DNA from: Nageia nagi
Taxonomy: Eukaryota; Plantae; Pinophyta
Direction of reading: 5' to 3'
Assembly: GCA_050084985.1 (NCBI GenBank)
Contig: JBITNC010000001.1
Coordinates: 47,430,001 to 47,494,000, forward strand
DNA: 64,000 nucleotides
Below, in pieces: positions 27,201-42,200 of this stretch (its first letter is position 1; each line of letters opens with the position of its first letter). The notes under the pieces are model-generated. The model was given only the letters and a program-made list of their open reading frames with translations, did no database searches and had not been told where the DNA came from. Position numbers and translations under genes: made by a program.

Positions 27201-30200
27201 ACTCTGCATAATTAATACAATGAATCTTCATCTCCTTCACTTGGCTTTGATTTGGAGTTAGAATGCTTGCTTAGTAATTATGTTCTGCTCTGGCTTACTC
27301 TTGAATGTTAATCTCCATTCAAGCCCATCTCTCATTGTCAAGGACTGAATTCTTGTGCAAATAACATGTCAACAAACTTCATCAAATGTATGCAATAGCA
27401 TTTAAAACTAACCCATCAACCTGTCTATGATTCTTTCATGCCCTTATGTTCTACTAAGCTCGATAAATAGCATATAGGTCAATCAAGTTGAGAGAAATTG
27501 TAACCTATTATCTAGTTTCTACAGAGACTAATAAAGATATGGATAGTTTGTACTCAAGTTATATTGCATGATTCTTGTGATAAATTCCTGCTCACTTAGA
27601 ACAAAAGGTTTTTGCTAACCCTCATTTACAACCTTAATGTGAAGCCTCAGCTATTCTGGGTGGTGACTTTTGTTAGATAATACATTAGACATTAGGTATC
27701 TAAAGCAAAATGAATAATATAAACTAATGTGAGTTAATTTTAGTTTGCTTAATAATACATGGGAACCCAAACTTCCCATCTCCAATGTACTTAAGGCTCA
27801 TTTGAAGTAATACAAAGTTTAAAGCCACTTCTCTCATTCTGATCTAATATGCTATCAGAGCACCCAGTTTGGTGAGAGTTTCTTCTAGCTGCCAACAGCT
27901 TGTAAGAAAAAACAATCTTGCCTACAATGGTCTGGAGGAGTGAGTATCCATTGCTTAGCATTGAATAGAGACTTGCATAAGTGGAGAAAACCACTGCAAG
28001 AGAAGAGATTCTATGGTCTGAACACTCGTAAAGAGTTGCAAAGGCAGTAGAGAAATCAGGAGCACCATGACATTACAAAGACATTGTATAGAGGATACAC
28101 AACCTAAACATGTACGTTGTGTAATGTGTGACAAGAGATTTGCGCTCAGCGCTCGATGTAGTGTATGTCGATGATTTGGTCATCATGGGCAGTATTGAGG
28201 AGTTGATCCTATCTTATAAAGATAATCTCAACAAATCATTCAACATGATAGATCTTGGTTTATTTTACTATTGCCTTGGATTGGAAGTCTGGAAAATGTA
28301 GAATCGCATATTTGTTTGTTGGAGAAATTCAAAATGACAAATTGCCAACCTATGTCCATGCTTATTGAATCTAGTTTACATTTGTCACACCAAGATAGTC
28401 CTCCAACGGTAAATGCAACTCTCTATCATCAACTAGTTGGAGGTTTAATTTACCTGTCATATACCAGGCCAAATATCTGCTATGATATGTTGAGATACAT
28501 CCGTGGTACTAATAGTTATGGCTTGGAGTATAAGAAGAATGATAAATTCTTGACTGGATACATGGATGCAAATTACGGAGGATCCTTGGGTGATAGGAGA
28601 TTATCAATAGGATAAGTGTTCTTCCTTGGATTTGGATCAATTTCTTGGGGAACCAAGAAATCAAGTATTACATCCAAGTCTACCATAGAATCAAGAATAC
28701 CATGCTGCTGCAGATATTGTTTGTGAAGCAGTATGGTTAGGTCATATTTTGACAGATATTGGGATACCACAAACACAGTCGACCGTTTTATATTGCAACA
28801 ATCAATGTGTACTGTAACTAGTTAAGAATCTTGTTTTTCAAGAGTAAACCAAATACATTGAGATTCAAGTGCATTTCATTCATGACCTTGTTTCAATACA
28901 CAACATTCAGCTCCACTACATTTCCACAAAAGAACAAGTTGCAGATGTTTTCACCAAGTCTCTTGATTGTGGAAAGTTTGAATACTTTTGGAGCTTCCTC
29001 TCTTGTTCTTTGAAGACCTAATGTATTATAGAAGGGAATGTTAGCTAATACATTAGACATTAGGTATCTAGAGCAAAATAAATAATTATAATACATTAAC
29101 TTCTGTGAGTTAATGTTACTTTAATTAAGAATACATCGGAACCCTAATTTCCCACCTCCAATGTATTTAATGCCCAGTTGAAGTAATACAAAGTTTAATG
29201 TGGCTTCTCTCATTCTGATCTGATAACTTTCTTGATGAATCATTGTTTGTTGCCGTGAGAGCTTACCTTTTAAAGCCATCAAACTTCAATTCACAATTCA
29301 ACTCAATATCTTGCTATCTAATTAAATGCTTGAGTTGTAAAATTTCCAAACGAAAAACTTGAACCTACTAGGACACTTACCTAGAACATTTATCAGTATG
29401 AAAGTTCTAGCAAGGGTTCATCAACAATATAGAATATTTCATGAAACCTGCTGTATGAGATTGTGAGGTTGTTCTGTCAAGGTGATTTTGTTGCCTTTTT
29501 GACTGAAACAGCTACGGACTCTTCACAATTTGAAAATACATCTTCGTGAGTCCTTTGGTTCTATCCCTTTCCATTTTTGTGTGACAACTTTTCTGCTCTC
29601 TATTGGAATTCTTTCATATATTTGACCTAATATGGCCTCAGAAGTCAGAACCATCATGCCTTGAGGCTTAGTCCTTGAAACTCTGTATGTCTCTGATTCA
29701 ATGAGACTTCATAATTGTATTGTACAACTCACCAAGAATCTAAATCAGCTTTTAAACATCAGAGCAGGGTCCCAGGTTGCCAATCAAGCCCCTCAAATAG
29801 TTTGATGTTAATCCACCATTTCTGCACTTTCAGTGAAGTTATGCCTGATCCAACTCTCAGCAGGCATCCTGAATGAGAAAATTTCTGTATCCATGAGTAT
29901 TCAGATTTTGCCTAGGCCTTGCAGATATGGAAAATGAAAATCAAGGGGGAACCAACATTTGATCCAATAGAAATAAGTGTTCAGATCTGCTAAATTTGCA
30001 GTTTCACAAAATTTAGACATTTGTGAAACTGAGGAAGAGTTTGGGAAAGGTAAAATTTATAATTTAAGAAATAAAAAATAAAATGAAAAATTTAAAATAC
30101 TACCAATGAAACAACTGCTACATAGAAGTTCAAGATGGAGTTTTCACACTTGTTTTGGAAATACATCTGCAGAAGACATCTTCTGCAAACCAGCTCCATT

Positions 30201-33200
30201 TGTTTTCATAGTTGTGCTCTTTTGGACAGTGCCATTAAACTCTCATCATCAGCATAATATCCCATTTGTTGCTTATGAGTGCTATGACCTCATGGAAAAT
30301 CCTCATCAATCATTGGAAAGAAACTAAGTGTATCCTAAGATATATTCAGGGTGCATCCTATTATCATTATTATGACAACTATTATTCTTCAGAGGGTATA
30401 GACTCTCTGCTGGATAGTGGACTCTGATTGAGCTGAAGATTCTAGCAAAACAAAGTTTACAACAGGTTATGTTTTCCATCTAGGTTCAGGATCTATTACT
30501 TGGCCTAGCAACAGACTGCTGTTGCTCTTTCCTCTGCTAGCACTAAGCATCATGAAGCTGGTAGTGCTAGCAAGGAGATTTCTTAAAACAGGATGTCGCT
30601 TGCAAAACTTAAGACTTCCACAAGATAGTCCTTCTACACTTTGGTGACAACAAGACTGCAAAGGTTCTTGAACTTGTCTGACAGCCCCCGCAATTCAGAG
30701 CAAATCAAGATTCAACCAAAACAGGACCACCAATGGCCCTATATCAAGCTACAAGGCTGCCAACAGCCCTGTTCCAGTCAATTCTCAAAATCTTGAGAGT
30801 TGGTTGAGTGACCTAGTTCAGTCCTGAAGCCCTCCAAACCTTCCGTTTCTCCCAAAACAGGCATTTCATGTGTATTTCATGCTATTCCTTCATTTCAATT
30901 TCAAATTTGGTTTAAACAAACAGGGAGCAGCTTGATAATCATCAAGGTTGATCCTAACTCCTATAAATCTGAGACAAGCATCAATCTTCTCAAAACCATT
31001 GAGTTTCTAGGCGCAATTTGGGAAGAACTTGGCAATTTCATCAAAAGGGTTAGTACATCATCAACCAGGTGCACAAGTATCTCTTTCCTCATTTTAATTT
31101 CATGTATGTCATAGATCTAGGTTTGTGACAAGGTTGTCAAGGATGCGTCCCCCCATCCAAAATTGCCATCCACAAGATTGGAAAACACCATTGGGGACAT
31201 TTCCCTCCCATCTCCTTTTGAGGGTGTACAGAGGGGATGTCCCCAGGACGTTTTCCCAACCTCAGGGACTGTCCCTGATATGCTCTTGAAAAAGAGTATG
31301 GGTGGGAACTGCTAGGAGTCCTTAGAGACGGCATCCCCCAGCCGTTCCCCACAGCTGGGCAGTCATTTGACCCCAAAAAAAAAATCAATGTTTCTTTATA
31401 TTTTTGAGCGAGGTGGGACCCAAAAGGTCTCCACCCACTAAAATCTAAAAACACCTTATATATCCCTCCTAAATATTTTAACATTCACACTACCCACCAA
31501 AAAAGCACAGTAGTGAACAATGAGAAGAGAACAAGAGTGATGGATAATAAGGAGCAAGTATGTTTTTCAGTATTTAGCCATTTTAGTAACTGTCTATTAG
31601 ATCTTGATTGTACACACCTGATAGAAATGTAGGTTGTGAAAAATAATAACATTGAATTTCAAATCATGACTTTGTTCATTGCTGGTTTTTGGCATGTAAC
31701 AGTCTTGAACAAATATATATACAACAATCAAGTTCAATTATCAAAAAAGGGACCAAACAAATGCAAAGTAACAGTCAAGTTCAGGTATCAAAAGCAGTCC
31801 CAACAAACGCATTGCTAACAGTTGAAGTTCACTAGTTCAGGTATCAAAAACAGTCCCAACAAATACATAAGTGACAGTCAAAGTTAGGTCAAAAACAATC
31901 CAATGAAGGCATAATAGTCCCATACAAGTATACAGTTATTAGTTCCGACAATCATCAAAGTGGTGTAGCAATGTAGACTGTAGAATGGTTGTAATAACTA
32001 TAAATTATCGTATGAATCAATTTGATATTTTAATTTCTTATTGATATAATAGTAACGAACCAATGATACAAATATTTTATATTTAAGTTGATTTTCAAAT
32101 TATGTTACAGGCTTGAATTGGTCCTTGGATGAATCATGAATGTCAATGATGAATGAAACATCGAAACTACATTTAGTTTTCATAAATTTGAAAATTACGA
32201 AGATTTTTAACTATATACTTATCGTCCCCCAAGTGTTTCCTAAAATCAGGTCTCCGTCCCCTACCGTTCCCATCCCCCAATCCGAGACAACCTTGGTTTG
32301 TGATGTTTTACATGTGAAATCTTGAATGCCCCAATTTAGTGATCTTTGGTTATAAATCATTATAGCTGAATATCATTAGTCCTATTTTTAATTATCACTC
32401 CATACGTAAATAATTGCATTTACATATAGAATAAATCACTTTTACTAGTCTACAATTTATTTGTGTTCAGTTTTCGTAATATGTTGTAATTCATTCTCAT
32501 GACCAATATGACCCGTTATCCCCATGGTAAATTTGTGATTAATTACTATGTTACTAACATTGTGATTAGCATTCCATTGAAGAGGCTAAGACAAAACCAA
32601 ATCTGGGAAAACATTGATGACATATTGGAAATTTAAAAAATTAATAAAATTTGATAGTGCCTATTTTTGACGCAGACTTGGACTCCATGAAAAAAACTAG
32701 CGAAAAACTAAGGATGGACTCAACAACTGAAAGATCATAGAGTTTATTATGTTTGGCCTTAATACATGTTATTTTTAAAAGTCCTCAAAAACAAATACAA
32801 TTGTGTGCAATACATAATTTTTTTTCTTAACTTTTTGTGATTTCTTTTATTTTCCCACTTTGGACCAAGAGAAACTTGTTGGCAAGTTAGACTCATCAAA
32901 CTCACTAAACTTGATGGACTCACAAAAACTCATAGTCTTGAAAAGGCTTGCAAGTGTGATCATTCTGGATTCATTAGCCCAGACTCATTGCCAAACTCCT
33001 TTTCAAAACACACAATCTCAATACTATGAATTGAAGAAAACAATTGCAACTTTTTTCAAAACATGGTAGTTTTGACAATTTCAAAAGATAAGGAAAAACA
33101 AAAGTCATATCCCAAAAAAAAGATAAATGGAGTAAGATGATCATTTATAATTTGGATAGTGTAAGTATAGTAGTCAAACATAGTGAGTCAGCTAGATAAT

Positions 33201-36200
33201 TGGAGTAGATAATAATTTATATTTTAGGTAGTGTAACCATAGTAGTCAAACATAATGGGTCAACTTGTTGAGTCAAACCTAGTGAGTATCTTGCATTTGA
33301 CTCAAAAAAAATTGAATATGATTGCATTTGGCTCAAAAGTTTATGAATTTGATTGCATTTGACAAAATATTTCCATTTCTGTGCCATGTTCCAAAGCTTT
33401 CACCAAGGTTTTGTTATAAGCACTTTATTTCAATATTTTTTTATCGAGTATATTGTTAATACATTTTCTAGCCTTGAATTTTTGTGAAATCAAAGCCTTA
33501 CTATAAAGATTTTGCCAAGTCAAAGCATTATTGAATTTTTACCAAGTCAAAGACATATTGAGTTTTTGTCAAGTCCAAGTCTAACTAATAGAAATGTAAC
33601 CCAAAGTTCCAATAATAAAATTAATAAATGGATTACTAGCTATATAACAATCAAACTACAGATTTTAAGTTTTAACCCATGGTTTGCATATGGAACAAGA
33701 CAACTTAGCAATAAATAACAACAGCAGAAGCAATTCGCAAAGAATACTCAAATAGAAATCCACAATGTACTCCAAAATAGAAATGATGATTCCGGAATAA
33801 ATACTTCAAGTGAGAACCAAGAATGCAAGCCACTTCGGGAGGGCAGAATCTCCAATGCCACTTCGGGAGGGCAGAATCTCTAGATATACACCTAAATAGA
33901 CGCATAAGAAATATGATATTTGATATCAACTAATGATCACTACTTTCTATGTTCAAACTGATCTTGCTAATGATATCACTTCATAGGTATACTTTCTATG
34001 TTCAAACTGATCTTGCTAATATCACTCATATAAAGCATATGAAAAATAGTAAGGCATATGCTTTGATTGCAATTTCGCTTAGTGAAGAGGTGAACCGTCA
34101 TATTAACTCAATAGATGATACTTGGAATGCACTAAAAAAACTCAAAGACTTGTTTGACTCCCATTCCGAATTGGAATTAATCCAACTTCAATTGAAACTT
34201 TTTAACCTAGAGTTAAAAAATGATCCCATGTCATTGATTTCTGAAATTAGAGCAATAATGCATGACATTGACTCTATTGATGTGAAGATTGGCATTGCTC
34301 TCGCAACTTTGATTAAGGCATTGTACCCAACATATTTGAATTATCTTGAATCCTTGCAACCTACTGGTAACCTAAAGTCTCTCACATTTGATACTTTGGC
34401 GGACAAGATTGTGGAACGTGTGAAGGCATTTGGCAAGAAATCTAACGATCGTACTTCAAATACATTGTGTATTGCTCAAAAGGGAAAGAATGTTGCACAT
34501 GATTCTTCTCGAGGTGAAAGTAGCAACCGTGGTCATGGTAGGAATAATAGTAGAGGCAGGGGGTAATCAAGGTGATCGTGATTAGAGGAACAATCTTCAT
34601 TGTACTAGATGTGACAGATGAGGGCATGAAGCTAATACCAATCGTACTCCATGGAATAAGATCAAAGAAAGGAATGAAAAACAAAGGCAAGACAAGAGTA
34701 AGAATCATGATTCCGCTCATTATGTTACAATTCATTGTAACAATACAATTGAAAATTTGTGCAATACTTCATTTGCATCTTGGGGGGATGCATGGTTGCT
34801 TGATACTAGTACGACATGTCACACGTCATGTCGACGAGATTTCTTTGAGAAGATGAATACCAACATTGATGGTGCAGTATACTTTGCTAATAGATCCAGT
34901 ATCAAACCTTCAGTTATTGGTACTATGAGACTTAAACTGCCAGGCTTTCCAGATATGCTTCTTCGAGATGTGCTCTACCTTCTTGAATTGCGAAGGAACT
35001 TGTTATCTCTTGTACTCATTTGTCAACAAGGAGACTCAATCCATATGTTCGATGGCAAAGTGGAAATAAGGTCTTCTGACAACAAAGTGGTGATGACTGG
35101 CGAGGAGGATGAGAAGTTGTTGAAGCTGCATAAAAGTTTTGCTACATCAAGAAATTTTGCCTAACTCACATATCAAGAAAAAGGTACTCTCTCATCTAGT
35201 CTTTTGTGGCAAACAAGATTTGGGCATCTCAATTTTGATGATCTCTGTTTATTAAAAAAAAGAGGATTTTTGGGAATGCCTACTATTCCTAGGAACATAG
35301 AACCTTGTGAAGCATGTGTCCCAAGAAAGCACAACAAACAACCTTTTCCTGATTCAAAATTTAAAGCATGTTGACAACTTGAACTCATACACTTTAATTT
35401 GTGTGGACCATAAAATGTCCCCTTTGTTGCTAGTAACAAATATATCATGACTCTCATAGATGATTATACTAGAATGTGTTGGGTGGATTTGTTGAAAAAA
35501 AAGTTTGAATGTTTTGAAATGTTTAAGCGATTTCATGTGATAATTGAGAAAGAATCTCACACTCATATTGGTACACTTCATTCTGATAATAGAGGTGAAT
35601 AAACTTAAGATGAATTCAAAAACTATCTTAGTCAACATGGAATCAAGCATCAAACAATTGTTCCCTACAATCCGCAACAGAATGGCGTAGCTGAAAGGAT
35701 GAATAGAACCTTGTTGAATATGACATAGGCAATGTTGTTTTTCAAGAATGTGAAAATGATGTTTTGGGGTGATGTAGTTCAGTGTGCAATGTATGTCAAA
35801 AACAGATATCCACCTCATGCTCTTAGCAATAAGACTCCATATGAAATGTGGTTTGGATGTGTTCCTTTGGTTTGACATCTCAGGGTTTTTGGTTCCACTC
35901 GTTATGCCCTAGTCTCTAAGGAACAAAGAAGCAAACTTGGTGTAAGGAGTCGGAAATATATTTTCTTTAGGAACTCAAATACTACCAAGGGCTATAAGCT
36001 TTATGACGAGGTAAACAAGAAGTTCCTCTTTGCAAGGGACTTAATTTTTCTGGAATGTTCCAAAAGTGACTTGACTGTTGAGTAGCAACTTGATCACCTT
36101 AATAGGTTTACCTGTGGAAAGCATTTCCTTGAAGCTGATTATGAGATTCCAAATCTTGAGGGGGAAGCCCTATATTGGATCAATCCTTGGAATCTATACC

Positions 36201-39200
36201 ACTTATGCCTGTCTCAAAAGTGCCTGATCCAACAGTAGCAAATGTTCTAGTAGTACAAGCACCTCCTCCACCACAACAAGATCCTTCCTCTTCATTAGTT
36301 CCAACAGCTCCTTTGGATGATGTCATTGATGGGATTGGTAGGTTGAGTCATGATGGTAATGAAGAATCTCCTTAGCTTGTTGAGCAACAAGAAACATCGT
36401 AGAAGATTCCTAAGTGGCTCTCCAAAACACTCTAGATTGTTCATCTTGATGAAGTTGGAAAGACGGGAACTAAGAGTTCCTACAAAGAAAGACTAGAAGA
36501 TGGAGCAGTAGAGGATTCAAACTCAGGTAATGATGTTGATGATATAAAATGTTCATTTGATTTGATTGTGAATTGAATTTCTCTACTAATTGTGAGCCCA
36601 CTTCCTTTAAAGAAGCTTTTTCTCATGATATCTGGAAAGATTCTATGAAGGAGTATGATGCTCTCATCAAGAATGGGACTTGGAAGTTGGTGGGTTCTCC
36701 ATGTGGAACCAAACCTATTGGATCCAAGTGGGTCTACAAAAACAAGTACAGATAAGACAGCTCACTTGAGAAACACAAAGCAAGGCTTGTAGCTAAGGGT
36801 TTTGCACAAAAAGAAGGTATTGTCTATGATGATACCTTTGCTCCTACAGCTAAATGGGCTACTATTCGTTCTTTGCTAGCAATGTCATCTCAATAAAGAT
36901 GGAAAGTTCATCAAATTGATGTGAAGATTGCTTTCTTGAATGGTGATGTGAAAGAGAATGTGTACATAAAACAACTTGAAGGATTTGTGATGAAAGGTCA
37001 AGAACAAAAGGTATGCAAACTCATCAAGTCTTTGTATGGCCTAAAGGAAGCTCCTCACGCCTAGTATGAAAAGCTTACTAAGCATATTTTGAACATCAAT
37101 TTTGAACACTATAACCTTGATGATGCAACTCTATATGTCAAGAAAGTTGACAAGACTATTGTATTTCTTGTGGTGTATGTAGATGATTTGTTGATAACAA
37201 GGAACAATGAACAATACATTGCATCTGTAAAAAAGGAATTGAAGAGAGGTTTTGAAATGACTAATATGGGGCATTTTCACTATTATTTGGGTGTTGAAGT
37301 GAATCAAACTTCCAATTACATATTCATTTCTCAAAAGAAATAAATTTGACATGCAAGATTGTAAACCTCTTTCTACTCCAATGGAACAACATTTGAAGTT
37401 ACAATCAGTTGAAGGGAACCAATTTGAGGATGCTACAAAATATAGACAGCTCATTGGAAGTCTCATTTATTTGACTACAACAAGGCCAAATATTTCATTT
37501 GTCGTTGGACATTGGGTAGCAGCAAAAAGAGTCCTTAGATATTTGAAGGGAACTCAAGATTTTAGAGTCAAGTGAGAGACTTCAGATTGGTTGGATATTC
37601 AGATTCAGACTTTGATGGAGACAAAGAGAATGGAGTTTCGACTTCAGGCTATCTCATGAGTCTTGGATCGACAGCTATCTCTTGGAGGTGACACTACAGA
37701 GGCAATATATGTTGCTGCAACAAAGGCAACAAAGGAATTGTGTGGCTTAGGAAGATATTGGAAAATTTGCAGGAGAAACTAAGGTTGGAAAACTCGAACT
37801 CGAGAACTACTTGATCAGGAAAAATTTAGAGAGTACTCGGCAAAAACTCGACAAAAAAAACCTCAAACATTTCAAAATATGAAAAAAGTTACAAATCAAC
37901 GATGAAGCTCTTCAAATTGATACTCAAACTTCAAATCTTTCACAAAGTGATCTACAGAGCGAAAAACTGAGCTAACACAATGGAATGAGAAGAATGAGAC
38001 ACAATTAGATAGTTAAAAGACATTTTGGTGTTTACTATCTTTTTTTCATGTCTTTTAGCTTTATTTTGATAGTAGCTAAGTAATCGTCGATTAACCTCCA
38101 AAAATCAGCAGCGCCGAGTAATGACCCCTGATTACTCGTTTTTCCTCCAAATCGCTATTACTCGCAAGTACTCACGGATTTTCGAACCAAGGGAGAAACA
38201 AATGCAACCAACTCCACTTTTGATTGATAACACTTCTACAATATAATTGGCTAGGAATCCAAAGTTCCATGATCGAACCAAACACATCAACACAAAGTTT
38301 CATTTGATTTGATATCATGTAAAGGCCAAGACAATTCAATTGAAACATTGTTCTACTGAGGATCAAGCTACCGACATCTTCACCAAAGCACTTGGACGAG
38401 AAAGGTTCGAGAAGTTCAAAAGGATGCTTGGACTTACAAATACCCCTTCGAATTAAGGGGGGAATGTTAAATACCTAATCCTTAGGGATTATGGTATTAG
38501 TAGCTATTAGTATTATTTGCTACTTTTAGTAAATTTGTAGTTAAGTGTGTGGTAGAAGTTTAAGTGTCATTTCGAGGAGAATATGAAGAGTTACATTGTA
38601 TCTCACGGGTAACCTAAGAAGGTGAATGTGAAGAGTCATTGTTCTTGTGTATTAAGGTAGTTTTCCAATCTAATACAATGCTTTTGATGAGTGGAGTAAA
38701 TCCCAGCCTGACAAATATGACCTTAATACTCAACCTCAATAACACCAAAAGAGCATTTAAACTTTTTGACAAAAAATTGTCCCTTTTCCAAAATCTATAA
38801 AACTTGCCTCACATGTTGCAAATGAATATCCCATATTTATATGAATATGTCATCAAAGAATACCAACACAAATTTCCTCTATAATGGTCTAAAAATTGTA
38901 TTTATTAAACACTGAAATGTGGATGGTGCATTAGCAAGTCCAAATGGCATATCTAAAAATTCATAATTCCCCTCATGAGTTCTGAAAGTTGTTTTGGGAA
39001 TATCTTCCTCTTTCACCATAATTTAATGATATCTCAATCTTAAATCAAACTTGTGAAAATTTTGGCACCTTGTAATTCATCTAACAAATCATTAATCACA
39101 AGAATAGGGAACTTACCTTTATTAGTGGCTTTACGGAGATCACAAAAGTTTGGACACATCTTCCAAGACTCATCCTTCTTTTTTTACCATCCCAACTAGC

Positions 39201-42200
39201 GAAGAATATGGACTGGTACTAGGATGAACTATACCTTGCTCTAACATTTCATGTACCAACTTTTCAATCTCATATATGGCCTGATATTGGTTGGATGACT
39301 TCCTAGGACTAAGTTGATTGCATGATCATGAGTTCTAGTAGGGGGAAGTCTTTTTGGTTTTTGAAATATCTTTTCATACTTATCCCAAAAAAAAATTGCA
39401 TTTCTAACTCATTATTTTGTGTTTTTTCATTGACCCCCATAGAGAAAACATGTGTTATAACTCCATTTCCTCTTTTTTAAGTATTTTTCCCATCTAGTGT
39501 GAACATACCACTATTGCCAAAGATATTTGCAATCCTTGGAGTTTGATTTGTTTCTCATTTTCCATCCATTACACATATAACTTTTGAAAGATCATGGAGG
39601 CATCTCCCAATTGAGCCATCCACTGGGGACCTAACACTATATATGCTCCACCTAAATCTATAACATACATTGTTCCTATCCATGTGTAATTAATTATCCA
39701 TTGTAAGCCTTATATTGGAAACCTTCCCTACACATGTTGTTTTTCCTCCATTGACAATCAATACAATAAAGCTTTCTTTTCTATGCACACATAGTCCCAA
39801 TTTCTTTGTTGCGGCTATACTACTAAAAGTATGATTACTAACTGAATCAATTAAAACAATAACTTTATGATTTTTAATAAAACCGCATACTTTGGTTGTT
39901 TGATGATATGTCATACCTATAAGAGAAAATATTGATAATTCTATTTCCTCTTTTCGGTTATCTTTGCTACTTCATTCAATTCTGTCTCATTTTCTACTAC
40001 TTCTTAAAGAGTTTCTTCTTCATTTTTGTCCATATCCATGCTAAAATATTTACTTTCATCACACAAATGTTATCTGCTCCATTTTTCTTTACACTTGTGA
40101 TAAATACCATTCACTCTTTCTTCTTCTCTTGTTTTGTAACTACACCTTGATCCATTTATTTTTCTCTACTACTTTAGCCAATCTTTCCATATCTCTAAGT
40201 GTTCTAGAATCATGTAGATTTATTCCTTGTTGATCGCATCCTTCAATCCACTTTTAAATGTCGTAAGAGCAACTATTGGAAGCACATCTCTTGTGAAATT
40301 CAAGGTACTCGTGAATTCCTTAGAATACTCATCCACTGAACCTTTTTGTTTAATTTGCATAATTCTTACTATATAAAATGTTGAATCCCCTTTATCAAAT
40401 TTTTCAAGAATATTCTCTGGAATTCCGATCATGTGGGCTCCTTTTGTCTATGCTTCTATTCATATAAAATCCAATTAAGCACATGATCATCATGTTGCAT
40501 GACTAATATATAAAACTTACCTTCTTATGGTATTCTATGTAATATATGCATGAGTTTCATTCTCTTTAACCACTGTCTAAAATTTTCTCCCATAAATGGA
40601 ACTTGAGGCATTTTGTTTATGGTATATTGCTTCGCCATGTGAGCAAATCAAAAGCATCCTCTACATCAACATCAATGTCCAATTCATAATCAAAGTCATA
40701 ATCATCATACCCTTTGATAGTGTCATCCTCTCATACACCTAAGTTGTCATGGATATTCTTCCTCCTAATAATATTCTCTATTATTGTTGCAATTGCCTCT
40801 TCTTTGATGGTCTTCCTTATTTTCATAATATTGTTTAGAATACAATTGCATGGATTTCGCAAATGCATCCATCATGCTTTGCATCTCTTCCAACAATTTA
40901 GTTGATTGTGCTTCCAACATAGGTTTTGTTGTGTTCATGATGAATTTTTCCATATTTCTCTTTTCACTTTCACTTGGACCTTCATCATCTTGCCATAAAT
41001 CTCCTTCTCAAGTTCCATCAAAATTTACTTCACTTGAATTTTGGTGACCCAAAGTATGCGCATCCTCCATTGTTTCATGTTGTTTTCCTCTATTTTGACT
41101 TTTTGGTGTTTTTTTTATTTTCATATCCTTCCAATTTTGAGGAGTGTTATAATGTTTGAACTTGTCTTCTTCTACCATGGCTCATACAATTTTCTCCCTT
41201 CCGAATTTGAGATCCTCGCCAATCTCCCTTTATCATCCTTTTCCCACTTTGAGTGCTTTTGGATCTCAAATCTTTAACCTAATCTTAAAACCGATATTTA
41301 CTAACAATAACCCTTATTAGCCATCATGGAGATCAAAATGAGATAGGTTTCCTGATGGAGTTTTAGAAATTTTATATTCTTTTTTTACCCCTTGCCTACC
41401 CTATTTGAACAAAATTTGATCAAAATTGTAGAAAGTAAAAAAAAAATGATCAATTGCAATATTACCTGTGGGAATGATACAGATCTGAAGGATTTGCACC
41501 CATATTGTTTTTTATCCCTGTGACCAAGATCATTGCTTTGATAACACTTGGAACGAAGCAACTTAGCAATAAAAGGAATTTAGCAATTCTTCATCATCAC
41601 ATTCACAATCCATAACCATAGCAATAGCAATTCATAATCACAGTGGTAGCAATTCGCAATGAATACTCAAATAGCAATCTATAATCTACTCCAAAATAGC
41701 AATGACAGATCCATAATCAATACTTCAATTAAGAACCAAGAATGCAATCCACTTTGTGAGGGCAGAATCCCCAAGACCACTTCCAAAAAGCAGAGTATCT
41801 AGATATGCACAAAAATAGGGCAAATAAAAAATATGATATTCAATATAAACTAATGATCACAAGTACACCTATATTCAACCTTGGTAATATCATTCATATA
41901 CCAATGGCCTGAACCAATAATTACAATATAAATGTTGCAATTATTTTGGGGCCATTATAGCATAAGAAAATAGGTGACTCAAGAAAGACCATGAAGACAA
42001 TAACTAAAGGCAAATGGGGTCCTATTGAATCCATGGTAAGCCAACAATACTTCACAATTGGGCACCAAACAGACCAAGAATGAGACTACAGCACATCAAG
42101 TAATGATTAAATAAAATGAATGATTGATTGAAATCACTCTACTTCATTGGAGTTGGTTGGAGATCCACATGAGTGACGCCTTTGAACAATGGGCATAAAG

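Larger units (their letters stand above)
33691..42090 (-). mobile_element. Degenerate Ty3/gypsy (chromovirus-like) element, truncated and interrupted by a copia
   Basis: Homologous LTR segments 33691-~34030 and 41549-~42090; PBS TGTTATCAAAGC (41546-41535); gag ([14 protein letters not shown]), protease ([11 protein letters not shown]), RT ([33 protein letters not shown]); candidate TSD GCATA/GCACA. Confidence 0.8.
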
